From NCBI GenBank assembly GCA_902533655.1, contig CACAMX010000001.1, positions 88,171 through 152,170 on the forward strand: a stretch of 64,000 nt of DNA. Reading direction: 5' to 3'. This DNA comes from an uncultured Bacteroidota bacterium (GTDB lineage Bacteria; Bacteroidota; Bacteroidia; Flavobacteriales; BACL11). The notes under the pieces were generated by a model that saw only the letters and a list, made by a program, of their open reading frames with translations, was not told where the DNA came from and did not search any database. Each line of letters begins with the position of its first letter. Positions within the stretch are counted from its first letter, which is position 1. Below, piece after piece: positions 30,440 to 39,800 of this stretch. The position numbers and the translations under genes were made by a program.

Positions 30440-32326
30440 TTAGTAAGCTCTTTTGTTAATTTTTTCCACGTAGTTTATAAAAGCTCTGTTGGCAACTTTG
30501 TTACCCCCTTGGGTTGGGTAATCACCACTAAAATACCAGTCACCTGTGTGCTCCGGGCATGAGCTGTGAAGGTCTTCGATCGACTGATAAACAATTTCAA
30601 CTTCTGCTGTAATTCCTTTTGGCTTTAACAATTCACTGATTTTATTGGAAATTTGTTCAGCTGAGAATGGTTTGTATATTTCTTTGACACAGTTTTTTAT
30701 ATTTTCTTTCTTTTCATTTTCTTTTTTACACCTTTCATATATCTCGTTAATGAAATTGTCTTTATTAGTTTCCTTAATAAGTTTAATAGCTGCCTGAAAA
30801 GCAATAAAGTCACCCAGCTTAGCCATATCAATGCCGTAGCAATCTGGGTACCTGATTTGTGGTGCTGATGAAACGATTATTATTTTTTTTGGCTCTAGTC
30901 TATCTAAAATTCTCAAAATACTTTGTCTTAAGGTTGTACCTCTGACAATACTATCATCAATGATTACTAATGTGTCGTTCTTTTTCACAATTCCATATGT
31001 TGTGTCATAAATATGAGTGACTAAATCCTCTCTGCCTTCATCAGCTGAAATGAAAGTTCTCAGCTTAGCATCTTTAATTGCAATTTTTTCAGACCTAACT
31101 TTAAGGTTGAATAAATTTTTAAATTCTTGACTTTGAAAATTTGGTTCTTTAAGAAGGTATTCTGTCTTAATTTTATTTAAATAATTATGACACTCTTTGA
31201 TTAATCCATAATAAGAAACCTCTGCAGTATTTGGAACATATGAAAAAACTGTGTTGCTTAGATCTGCCTCTACTGCTTTAATTACTTTTTTAAAAACTCT
31301 TTTACCAAGATTAATTCTTTCTTTGTAAATGTCTCTGTCATTCCCTCTTGAAAAATATATTCTTTCAAAACTACATGCTTTTCTCTCCTTTTGAGGCTGA
31401 ATATTTTTTTCGTAAACCTGACCACTTTTTTTAATTATCAGAGCGTTTCCTCTACCTATTTCTTTAATAGAATTTATATTTACATTAAAAGATGTTTGAA
31501 TTACCGGCCTTTCCGATGCAATGACTACAACTTCATCATCTGCGTAATAATAACCTGGTCTTATTCCATTTGGATCTCTTAAAGCAAATGAGTCACCATG
31601 GCCAATGATACCACAAATTACATATCCCCCATCCCAATGTTTTGCTGACTTTTTTAATATTTCTGTTAATGAAATCTCGAATTCGATTTTTTTTGAAATT
31701 TCTTGCTTATTAAATTTTTTCTGTTTATATTTTTTGAAAACACGCTGATTTTCTTCATCTAAGAAATGACCTATTTTTTCCAATATTGTTACAGTATCTG
31801 CCTTTTCTTTGGGGTGCTGACCTAAGTCAATCAAATCATTAAATAGCTCGTCAACATTTGTCATGTTAAAATTACCTGCAAGCACCAAATTTCTAGACCT
31901 CCAGTTATTTTGCCTGAGGAAAGGGTGACAGTTCTCAATCTTATTTTTACCGTAGGTACCATATCTTAAATGGCCTAAAAAAATTTCTCCTGTAAATGGA
32001 AGATTTTCTTTTAACCAATTAATGTCGTTTAACTTATCTTTTTCCGATAAATTATTAAAATAACTATTTATATGACTGAATACTTCTTGTATTGGATTAG
32101 CAGAAACGGATCTTTTTCTGCTTATAAATCTTTCTCCAGGTTTTACGTCAAGCTTTATGTTAACTAAACCAACTCCATCTTGCCCTCTATTTCTTTGCTT
32201 TTCCATCATTAAATACATTTTGTTTAGCGCATAGAACGATGTATTATATTTTTCCTTGTAATAACTCAGTGGTTTTAATAGTCTAATCATAGCTACACCA
32301 CATTCGTGTTGAAGAAAATCACTCAT
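30440..32326 (-). CDS. purF: amidophosphoribosyltransferase (long Bacteroidetes form)
   Basis: The N-terminus has ...HECGVAMI (Ntn Cys). The PRPP loop is LVIIDDSIVRGTT. Confidence 0.9.
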   Translation of the reverse strand: MSDFLQHECGVAMIRLLKPLSYYKEKYNTSFYALNKMYLMMEKQRNRGQDGVGLVNIKLDVKPGERFISRKRSVSANPIQEVFSHINSYFNNLSEKDKLNDINWLKENLPFTGEIFLGHLRYGTYGKNKIENCHPFLRQNNWRSRNLVLAGNFNMTNVDELFNDLIDLGQHPKEKADTVTILEKIGHFLDEENQRVFKKYKQKKFNKQEISKKIEFEISLTEILKKSAKHWDGGYVICGIIGHGDSFALRDPNGIRPGYYYADDEVVVIASERPVIQTSFNVNINSIKEIGRGNALIIKKSGQVYEKNIQPQKERKACSFERIYFSRGNDRDIYKERINLGKRVFKKVIKAVEADLSNTVFSYVPNTAEVSYYGLIKECHNYLNKIKTEYLLKEPNFQSQEFKNLFNLKVRSEKIAIKDAKLRTFISADEGREDLVTHIYDTTYGIVKKNDTLVIIDDSIVRGTTLRQSILRILDRLEPKKIIIVSSAPQIRYPDCYGIDMAKLGDFIAFQAAIKLIKETNKDNFINEIYERCKKENEKKENIKNCVKEIYKPFSAEQISNKISELLKPKGITAEVEIVYQSIEDLHSSCPEHTGDWYFSGDYPTQGGNKVANRAFINYVEKINKRAY

Positions 32327-32368
32327 TTGAAAAGTTTGGGTAAATGTACATTTTATTTACTTTATTTA

Positions 32369-32647
32369 TCACAATTCAAGTTTGTCTTTTAATAAAAATA
32401 TATAAAGAAGTTCGTTTTGTTTAATTGTACATTTTTGGCAGTGAGATATATAAGTAAATTCAAAATGTTTGTTAATTTCAAACCCCTTGTTAGTTAATAA
32501 AAACTTGTTATCACACTCAACACTTCCTTTTGGGCAAAACCTTCTGATTCTATAAAGCTCGCCTATTTTTTGAATATGAAACCACGAACCCGAACCAATT
32601 CCAGAAAGCCATTGTGAGTTAGGTGGGATGTTGAAGGGTTTTTTCAA
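32369..32647 (-). CDS. 92-aa protein with CX6C...CX2C (possible metal-binding), unknown function
   Basis: The TTG start is 2 nt after the upstream stop. Cys residues sit at FCPKGSVEC and HCQKC. Confidence 0.5.
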   Translation of the reverse strand: MKKPFNIPPNSQWLSGIGSGSWFHIQKIGELYRIRRFCPKGSVECDNKFLLTNKGFEINKHFEFTYISHCQKCTIKQNELLYIFLLKDKLEL

Positions 32648-32649
32648 GG

Positions 32650-33303
32650 CTAATAGTTTTCAATACTTGTAAAATAAGACTTTAAGAATGATTTTTTTAT
32701 AGTCTTTATTTTTTTATTTTCAATAACATAGTATTCTTTATTGCCAATACAAACATTTCTTTTTGGTGATGGAGAAACAGTTACTGGTAAAAAAAGTCTC
32801 AACTTTTTAAATGAAAATTTTAGAGATTTAAACATTAGTTTAGAAACAAATCTAGAGCAATTGGTTCCAAAGATATTTAACGGACCATAAACAATCATAT
32901 CTTTTTTTTGTAATTTTTTTGCACAATTGTAAGACTTTGTAAAACTTACTTTTTTCATCACAGAAGCGTACATTTTTCCTTTTCCGTGAGTTGATTTTTT
33001 ATCAGCTGTTTCTAACAAAATTGAATGCAGATTTGTTAGCTTGTTATTCTTAATTTTTGGTTTTGTTAAAATTTTTAAATCTGGGTCAGTAACCTCATCT
33101 CTAACTCTTCCAAATCCATTTGGCGTGTGGTATCTTCCAAAATCAAAATAATTTATACTTTCTAATTCATTGTTAATCAAAATAATTGCTGAGTGCCCAA
33201 CTCTATACATTCCGTTTTTTGACAGAAAGAAGTCATACCAGGAATCAGCGTTTTTTACCATACCCTCAGGCCATGCCAATACTATTATTGTGCCGTTTTG
33301 CAT
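32650..33303 (-). CDS. LRAT/PLAAT-like (permuted NlpC/P60) putative thiol acyltransferase/hydrolase
   Basis: YRVGHSAIIL, GRYHTP and GTNCSRFVSKL occur in the same order as the His-His-Cys motifs of the LRAT/HRASLS family (YRHWAIYVG, VVHLAP, NCEHFV), though the His-to-Cys gap is about 20 residues longer. The start overlaps the decarboxylase stop (TAATG). Confidence 0.55.
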   Translation of the reverse strand: MQNGTIIVLAWPEGMVKNADSWYDFFLSKNGMYRVGHSAIILINNELESINYFDFGRYHTPNGFGRVRDEVTDPDLKILTKPKIKNNKLTNLHSILLETADKKSTHGKGKMYASVMKKVSFTKSYNCAKKLQKKDMIVYGPLNIFGTNCSRFVSKLMFKSLKFSFKKLRLFLPVTVSPSPKRNVCIGNKEYYVIENKKIKTIKKSFLKSYFTSIENY

Positions 33304-34697
33304 TAATTACTAATCTTTTTTAGGCGCTCATAATTTTCCTCAACAAAATCTTCCATAATTTTAAAGAAGTCTTTGACCTCATCTATATCATTTTGAGAAT
33401 TTACATTAACTAACCTTACAAATGTTTTGTGTGCGTGAGACCCATAACTCACCATTAACTTATTAGAGAAATAAAGCTGATTACATAAATCAATAGAGTC
33501 GATATTTTTATATGTAAAACAAATTGGTAATGAGTATCTTGGGCCTATGAGTTTGTATTCTGATTTTTCCGATAAATATTCTTTAATTTTATTTGAAATT
33601 AAAAGTTGTTTTTCCACAATGTTTTGTATTCCAATACTTCCAACACTTTTCCATAATGTCCAAAATTTTAATGCATTATTTCTTCTTCCACACTCCAAAG
33701 ATGTCTTACCTAAATTATATTTGTCATTATGTGTTTGGAACAAATAATTGGCATCTGTATCAAATGAACGCAATAAGTCTTGATCATTTTTAAATAATAA
33801 GACAGAACAGCTTAGAGGGGCTCCTAAAGTTTTATGAGCATTAAAACAAAATGAATCTGATTTTTCTATTCCCCTCAAGAGTTCTTTGTGTTGTTTGGAA
33901 AAAATTAATGACCCCCCAAAAGCACCGTCAATATGCAACCACAAATTATATTTTTTACATATTTTCGAGATTTCATCAAAATTATCAAATGAGCCTAATA
34001 CTGTAGCTCCAGCTGTAGTATTAACATAAAAAGGACATAAGTTGTTTTTTAAATCAATTTGAATGCTTTTTTCGAGCTCTTTGCAGTTCATTTCTCCATT
34101 ATTATCAACAGAAATAGATCTAATGTTATTAATTCCTATACCTGAAAAAGAAACATTTTTTTTAATTGAATAGTGTGCTGTTTCTGAACAGTAAAGGATG
34201 AGTCTTTTTTTTGATTCACCATCAAGTCTATGATTACTAATCTTGTCTCTTGCTGCGACCAATGTCATAAAGTTACTCATTGACCCCCCTGTTGGGAAAG
34301 TACCTCCATATCCAAAGGGATATTTAATTTTTTTTCTAACTTCCTCTAAAATCTGTTTTTCAATCAAAGTTTGTATTCCTGAGATTTTGTATGTTGCCAT
34401 ACTGTTATTTAGTAAAACCGCAAGAAGATCTCCTATGACAGATTTACTATGTCTGCCTCCAAATAGTTGATTAAAAAATCTTTTAGATGAAGTTTTTGGG
34501 GTTTCTTTTATAACTTCTCTTAGTATTTGATAAAACTCCATATCATCAGTTGGGCTATCATTAAGACTGATGTCGACAACCTTTAGAAGTTCCTCTGGGT
34601 CTTTAAATACTGGCTCATTGTTTTCGCTTGAGATTAGCTCATTAACAATTTTAATAAATTGCAAAAGGTCTTTACTAATATTGTTTTTTTCTTTCAT
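33303..34697 (-). CDS. group II PLP-dependent amino-acid decarboxylase (CSAD/GAD clade)
   Basis: FFNQLFGG, GGSMSNF, WLHIDGAFGGS and FNAHKTLG (PLP Lys). I prefer the ATG at 34695-34697 over the TTG at 34700. Confidence 0.9.
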   Translation of the reverse strand: MKEKNNISKDLLQFIKIVNELISSENNEPVFKDPEELLKVVDISLNDSPTDDMEFYQILREVIKETPKTSSKRFFNQLFGGRHSKSVIGDLLAVLLNNSMATYKISGIQTLIEKQILEEVRKKIKYPFGYGGTFPTGGSMSNFMTLVAARDKISNHRLDGESKKRLILYCSETAHYSIKKNVSFSGIGINNIRSISVDNNGEMNCKELEKSIQIDLKNNLCPFYVNTTAGATVLGSFDNFDEISKICKKYNLWLHIDGAFGGSLIFSKQHKELLRGIEKSDSFCFNAHKTLGAPLSCSVLLFKNDQDLLRSFDTDANYLFQTHNDKYNLGKTSLECGRRNNALKFWTLWKSVGSIGIQNIVEKQLLISNKIKEYLSEKSEYKLIGPRYSLPICFTYKNIDSIDLCNQLYFSNKLMVSYGSHAHKTFVRLVNVNSQNDIDEVKDFFKIMEDFVEENYERLKKISN

Positions 34698-34702
34698 CAA
34701 GA

Positions 34703-34710
34703 CAAAATTA
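34703..34710 (-). promoter_or_regulatory. -7 box TAATTTTG (minus strand), 5 nt upstream of the decarboxylase ATG
   Basis: The plus strand reads caaaatta, an exact TAnnTTTG on the minus strand. Confidence 0.35.
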
Positions 34711-34765
34711 GAAATAACATTTTATCAAATTGGCCTATTTAGAAAATAGTTTCTCCGGTATTTCT

Positions 34766-34773
34766 TACTTTTG
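34766..34773 (+). promoter_or_regulatory. -7 box TACTTTTG, 5 nt upstream of the ATG at 34779
   Basis: Exact TAnnTTTG match. Confidence 0.3.
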
Positions 34774-34778
34774 TAATT

Positions 34779-35915
34779 ATGAGAAAAACAAAAATTATTT
34801 ATTTATTGATGTTTGTGGTGTCGTTTTCAAGAGCTCAAGTTTTAATAAATGAATACTCAGCAGCAAATTTTGACTCATACTTAGATAATTATAATGAATA
34901 TGAGGATTGGATTGAGCTATATAATTCTTCTAGCAATAGTGTTGATATCAACGCCAATATAGATCCGCTTTATTCATTTTTATCATGGGTTTCTGATAGT
35001 AATTATCTTAACAGCGGGACATCAAGTATAAATAACTCGTTCTATGTACTTTATAATGACACAATCACTCTAAATATTTTTGAATTGCCAACAATAAGTG
35101 CATTTATTTCTGGTAATGATACTATTTGTGAAAATTCTAAATCAAATGCTGAAATTAATTTTTCATTTAACGGTGTTGCACCTTATACTTTCACCTATAG
35201 CATAAATGGAGATATACAACCAAGTATCACTACTATGAATCCATTCTATTTCATCTACACTAAAACTGAAGGTTTATATGATCTAGTTTCTTATTTTGAT
35301 GCTAATGAGCAAGGAGATGTCAGTGGGCAAGCAATTGTTACGATTAAATCAGCACCAACCGCGAGCTTTACTGTTAGTCCTGATACAATAACAAGTCTAA
35401 ACCTTACAACACAATTGTATGATCAATCAAGTGGTTATATTACAAGCAGAATATGGGACTTTGGAGATAATTCACCTAACCAGTATGATCTAAATCCAAC
35501 TCATATTTACTCTGACTCCAACAGTGTTTATCAAATATCATTAATTGTTGAGGATGAAAACGGATGTAGAGACACTAGCTCGAAGTTTTTGTTGTATCAA
35601 GAAGAGTCTTGGGTATATATACCAAATGCATTCACTCCAGACCTTGATGGTGTAAACGACAGATTTTGTATAAGTTACAGCGGAATAAGAGAAAATACTT
35701 TTGTTTTTAATTTATACAATAGAAACAGTCAATTAATTTTTTCTACTAATGACATTAGTTCTCTTGAGTGTAGCAGTACAAGTATTAGTGGGTGGAACGG
35801 TGAAGATTTAACTGGAAATAATGTTCCACTGGGCATCTATATTTATGAGCTCTACTACCAAGATGTTAATGGTTGGAAGTACAACAAAACAAACAACTTG
35901 TTAATTGTAAGGTAA
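34779..35915 (+). CDS. secreted T9SS cargo: partial LTD-like N-terminus + PKD domain + type-B (gliding-motility-associated) C-terminal sorting domain
   Basis: Signal peptide; LINEYSAAN..YEDWIELYN; WDFGDNS..HIYS..ISLIVEDENGC; YIPNAFTPDLDGVNDRF ... LLIVR at the C-terminus. Confidence 0.8.
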   Translation: MRKTKIIYLLMFVVSFSRAQVLINEYSAANFDSYLDNYNEYEDWIELYNSSSNSVDINANIDPLYSFLSWVSDSNYLNSGTSSINNSFYVLYNDTITLNIFELPTISAFISGNDTICENSKSNAEINFSFNGVAPYTFTYSINGDIQPSITTMNPFYFIYTKTEGLYDLVSYFDANEQGDVSGQAIVTIKSAPTASFTVSPDTITSLNLTTQLYDQSSGYITSRIWDFGDNSPNQYDLNPTHIYSDSNSVYQISLIVEDENGCRDTSSKFLLYQEESWVYIPNAFTPDLDGVNDRFCISYSGIRENTFVFNLYNRNSQLIFSTNDISSLECSSTSISGWNGEDLTGNNVPLGIYIYELYYQDVNGWKYNKTNNLLIVR

Positions 35916-35921
35916 TCACAA

Positions 35922-36752
35922 ATCGAAAAAAAAATTATCAGAAATTTACATGATGAACTCAATGTTGAAGTTCTATCATATGAACCTACAAGTGGAGGTT
36001 GTATCAACTCTTGCTTTAAAATTATAACAAGCCAAGGAAATTATTTTATCAAATACAATAAAAATGCAAAAGACGATTTTTTTAAAAAAGAAGCTGATGG
36101 ACTTTCATTGTTGAGCTCTTCGAACTCTTTCAAAACTCCAAAAGTTTTAGCTATTAATAAAAATTATTTAGTTCTTGAGTTTCTACAAGCTGGAGGCGAA
36201 AAATGTTGGAGAGAATTTGGAAAAAATTTGGCGGCTTTACACTCATGTCATAGTTTAAAATTTGGGCTAAATAGTGACAATTATATTGGCACTTTAAATC
36301 AAAAAAACTTGTTTTATGACAAGTGGTGTGACTTTTATATAAATAATAGAATCATTCCTTTGATTAAGGGCATGGATTATGACAAAAAAATAGTTAATAA
36401 ATTAGAAAAGCTTATGCTGAAACTAGATGATTTTTTTGACAATAATATGAAGCCCTGCTTGATTCATGGTGACTTGTGGGCCAATAATTTTATGTTTTGT
36501 GAAAATAATGAAATTGGTTTGTTTGATCCATCTGTTTACTATGGTTGTAGCGAAACTGATATTGCAATGAGCAAATTATTTGGTGGATTTGACAAGTCTT
36601 TTTATGAATCATATTACTACTATGCTCCTAAAACTAGTAAATCAAATGAAAGAATAGAAGTGTTAAAAATATACCCACTTCTAGTGCATGCAAAACTTTT
36701 TGGAAAAAGCTATCTTGAGGATGTTAGGTTAATTTTAAATAATCTATTGTAA
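35922..36752 (+). CDS. fructosamine/ketosamine-3-kinase-family protein; start codon unresolved
   Basis: LIHGDLWANNF and FDPSVYYGCSETDIAM kinase motifs. A conserved N-terminus (IEKKIIRNLHDELNVEVLSYEPTSGGCINSCFKI) is encoded upstream of the ORF-track TTG at 36108. No ATG, GTG or TTG lies in frame between 35916 and 36104, so I place the start provisionally at ATC 35922. Confidence 0.75.
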   Translation: MEKKIIRNLHDELNVEVLSYEPTSGGCINSCFKIITSQGNYFIKYNKNAKDDFFKKEADGLSLLSSSNSFKTPKVLAINKNYLVLEFLQAGGEKCWREFGKNLAALHSCHSLKFGLNSDNYIGTLNQKNLFYDKWCDFYINNRIIPLIKGMDYDKKIVNKLEKLMLKLDDFFDNNMKPCLIHGDLWANNFMFCENNEIGLFDPSVYYGCSETDIAMSKLFGGFDKSFYESYYYYAPKTSKSNERIEVLKIYPLLVHAKLFGKSYLEDVRLILNNLL

Positions 36753-36762
36753 AAATTAGCTA

Positions 36763-36792
36763 TTGTTAAATTGGAAGCAAAGCATATATTTG
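36763..36792 (+). promoter_or_regulatory. ileS promoter: TTG-N19-TATATTTG
   Basis: TTG at 36763-36765 and TATATTTG at 36785-36792. The ATG is at 36820. Confidence 0.45.
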
Positions 36793-36819
36793 CATAGTTA
36801 TAAGTAATAAGAAACAAAG

Positions 36820-39800
36820 ATGTATCGAGAATATAAAAATTTAGACTTACAAAAAATTCACAAAGAAGAACTTGTAGAAATGGATAAACTCCAAGTTTTT
36901 TCTAAAAGCATTGAGAAAAATAAGGCTAATGAAAAATATATTTTCTATGAAGGTCCTCCATCAGCTAATGGTCTTCCTGGTATTCATCACGTGATGGGAC
37001 GAACCATTAAAGATGTTTTTTGTCGATTCAAATCTTTAAAAGGTTATCACGTTGATAGAAAAGCCGGGTGGGATACTCATGGCCTTCCTGTTGAGCTAAC
37101 TGTGGAAAAGCTTCTTTCAATAACAAAAGAAGATATTGGAGAGAAAATAAGCGTTAAAGAGTACAATGAAGAATGTAGGAAAAATGTTTTGAAATATAAA
37201 AAAGATTGGGAGCTACTTACTAAAGAAATGGGTTATTGGGTTGATATGGAAAATCCTTACATAACTTATGAAAATAAATATATTGAAAGTGTCTGGTGGC
37301 TTTTAAAAGAGTTCTACAAAAAAGACCTGCTCTACAAGGGTTTTACAATACAACCATATTCGCCCAAGGCTGGAACTGGCCTGAGCACTCATGAGCTGAA
37401 TCAACCTGGATGTTATAAAGTGGTTAAAGATACATCTGTTACAGCTCAGTTTAAAATAGTCAAGAATGATTTGAGTAATTTTTTATTTGAAAACAATGAA
37501 GATGTATTTTTACTTGCCTGGACCACTACTCCTTGGACACTTCCTTCTAACACTGCATTGGCAGTTGGCAAAAAAATTGATTATTTAAAAATTAGAACCT
37601 TTAACAAGTATACTGAAAAACAAATATCAGTAATCATTGCTGAAGATTTGTATAAATCATATTTTACATATGATGAAACAAATGAAGAGCATTCATTCAT
37701 TTTCAACGAAAAAAAACCACCCTATAAGATTTTAAGAAAATTTAAAGGTGTTGATTTGGTAGGTGTAAAGTATAATCAGTTAATGAATTATGATGTTCCG
37801 AAAAATGGTAATGCATTTTTAGTGATAGCTGCAGATTTTGTAACTACAGAAGATGGAACTGGAATTGTACATATTGCGCCTTCATTTGGTTCTGATGATA
37901 ATCATGTAGCAAAGCTAAATAAAATTGGCTCATTAACTTTGGTAGATAAATATGGTAAGTTCAAGAAAGTTGTTACTGATTTTGCTGGAAAATATGTTAA
38001 GGATTCTTACTACGAAGAAGGAGAAAGCAAAAACAAATTAGACGTTGATGCACAAATTAGCATTAAACTAAAAAAAGAGAACAAAGCTTTTTTAGTTCAA
38101 AAGTATGAGCACTCATATCCACATTGTTGGAGAACTGACAAGCCAATACTGTACTACCCCCTTGACAGTTGGTTTATAAAAACAACAGCTTTCAAAAAAA
38201 AGATGTCAAAATTAAATAAAACTATTAATTGGAAGCCTAAATCCACAGGTCTGGGTAGGTTTGGAAATTGGCTTGAAAATCTAGTTGATTGGAACCTTTC
38301 AAGATCAAGATATTGGGGGATTCCTATTCCAATCTGGAGGTCTAAAGATGGAAAACATGAAAAGTGCATTGGTTCAATTGAAGAGCTTAAACAAGAGATA
38401 AATTTATCAGTAAGTTTTAAAATTATGAAAAACAATCCTTTAAATGAATTCGTGGTTGGAGATTTTTCTGACAAAAATTACAATGTTTTTGATTTACATA
38501 AACCATATGTTGATGATATAGTGCTTTGCACTGATAATGGAAAAACAAGGCTGTTCAGGGAGCTCGATTTAATAGATGTGTGGTTTGACTCCGGAGCAAT
38601 GCCCTATGCTCAACTTCACTATCCATTTGAAAACGACAATTATTTTAAAGAAAATTTTCCGGCAGATTTTATTGCTGAAGGCGTCGATCAAACTAGAGGT
38701 TGGTTTTTCACCCTACATGCTATTGCGACAATAATTTTTGATTCTGTGGCTTTTAAAAATGTAATATCTAATGGGCTCGTTCTAGATAAAGAGGGAAATA
38801 AGATGTCAAAAAGACTTGGTAATGCAATAAACCCTTTTGAAACAATCAAGCTATATGGTGCTGATGCTACAAGATGGTATATGATTTCTAATGCTCAGCC
38901 GTGGGAAAACTTAAGGTTTAATACAGATGGCATTGAGGAAGTGAAAAGAAAATTTTTTGGAACGCTATTTAATACATATAGCTTCTTTTCTTTATATGCA
39001 AATATTGATAACTTTAAGTTTACAGGAAGCAATTTCAACATTGAAAAGCTTGATAAGTTAGATAAATGGATTCTTTCTGAGTTAAACACATTAATATTAA
39101 ATTGTTCTAAAAACTTTGACGCTTTTGAACCAACTAAAGCTTGTAGAGATATCCAGTTTTTTGTTGTAAATAAGCTCAGCAATTGGTATGTTAGATTAAG
39201 CAGAAGGAAGTTCTGGAAGGGTGAGTATAATGAAAGTAAAATTTCAGCTTATCAGACACTATATGAGTGTCTTGAGAAAATAGCAATAATTTCATCACCT
39301 GTTATTCCTTTTTTTAGCAATCGCCTATTTAACGATTTAAACATAGTCAGTAAAAGGCACAAAATTGAAAGTGTTCATCTTGCATCATTCCCAAATGCTT
39401 CATTAGAAATAATAAATAAAAAGCTTGAAAATCAAATGGCAATAGCGCAAGAAATTACATCAATGATACTCTCCTTACGTAAACAAGAAAAAATAAGAGT
39501 AAGACAGCCTTTGCCAAGAGCTCTTGTGCCAGTTAATGACACCGTCACACATAAAAATATTATGGAAGTTAAAACCTTAATTGAAGAAGAAACCAACATA
39601 AAAGAACTAAAAATAATTGATGAAAAAAGTGGGTTTTTTGTAAAAAAGATTAAACCCAATTTTAAGGTTTTAGGACCAAAATATGGTGAAAAAATATCAA
39701 AAGTAATTTCAATAATAAATCAACTGGACAATAAAAAGATTGAACTGCTAGAGAAAAATAAACGTTTAGTAACTAAAGAAAACATTACATTGTTAGCACA

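Noticed and set aside
30437-30449. A 13-nt perfect palindrome, agcttagtaagct, spanning the convergent stops of the S46 peptidase gene and purF.
   Set aside because: A 1-nt loop cannot form a stable hairpin. It is most simply explained as two stop codons on opposite strands placed back to back.
35913-35924. Possible stop-codon readthrough fusing the T9SS cargo protein to the fructosamine-kinase-family protein (same frame).
   Set aside because: The upstream protein ends with a complete type-B sorting domain (…LLIVR), which must be C-terminal for secretion. A secreted-protein/cytosolic-kinase fusion makes no biological sense. The shared frame is more likely coincidental or related to reinitiation.
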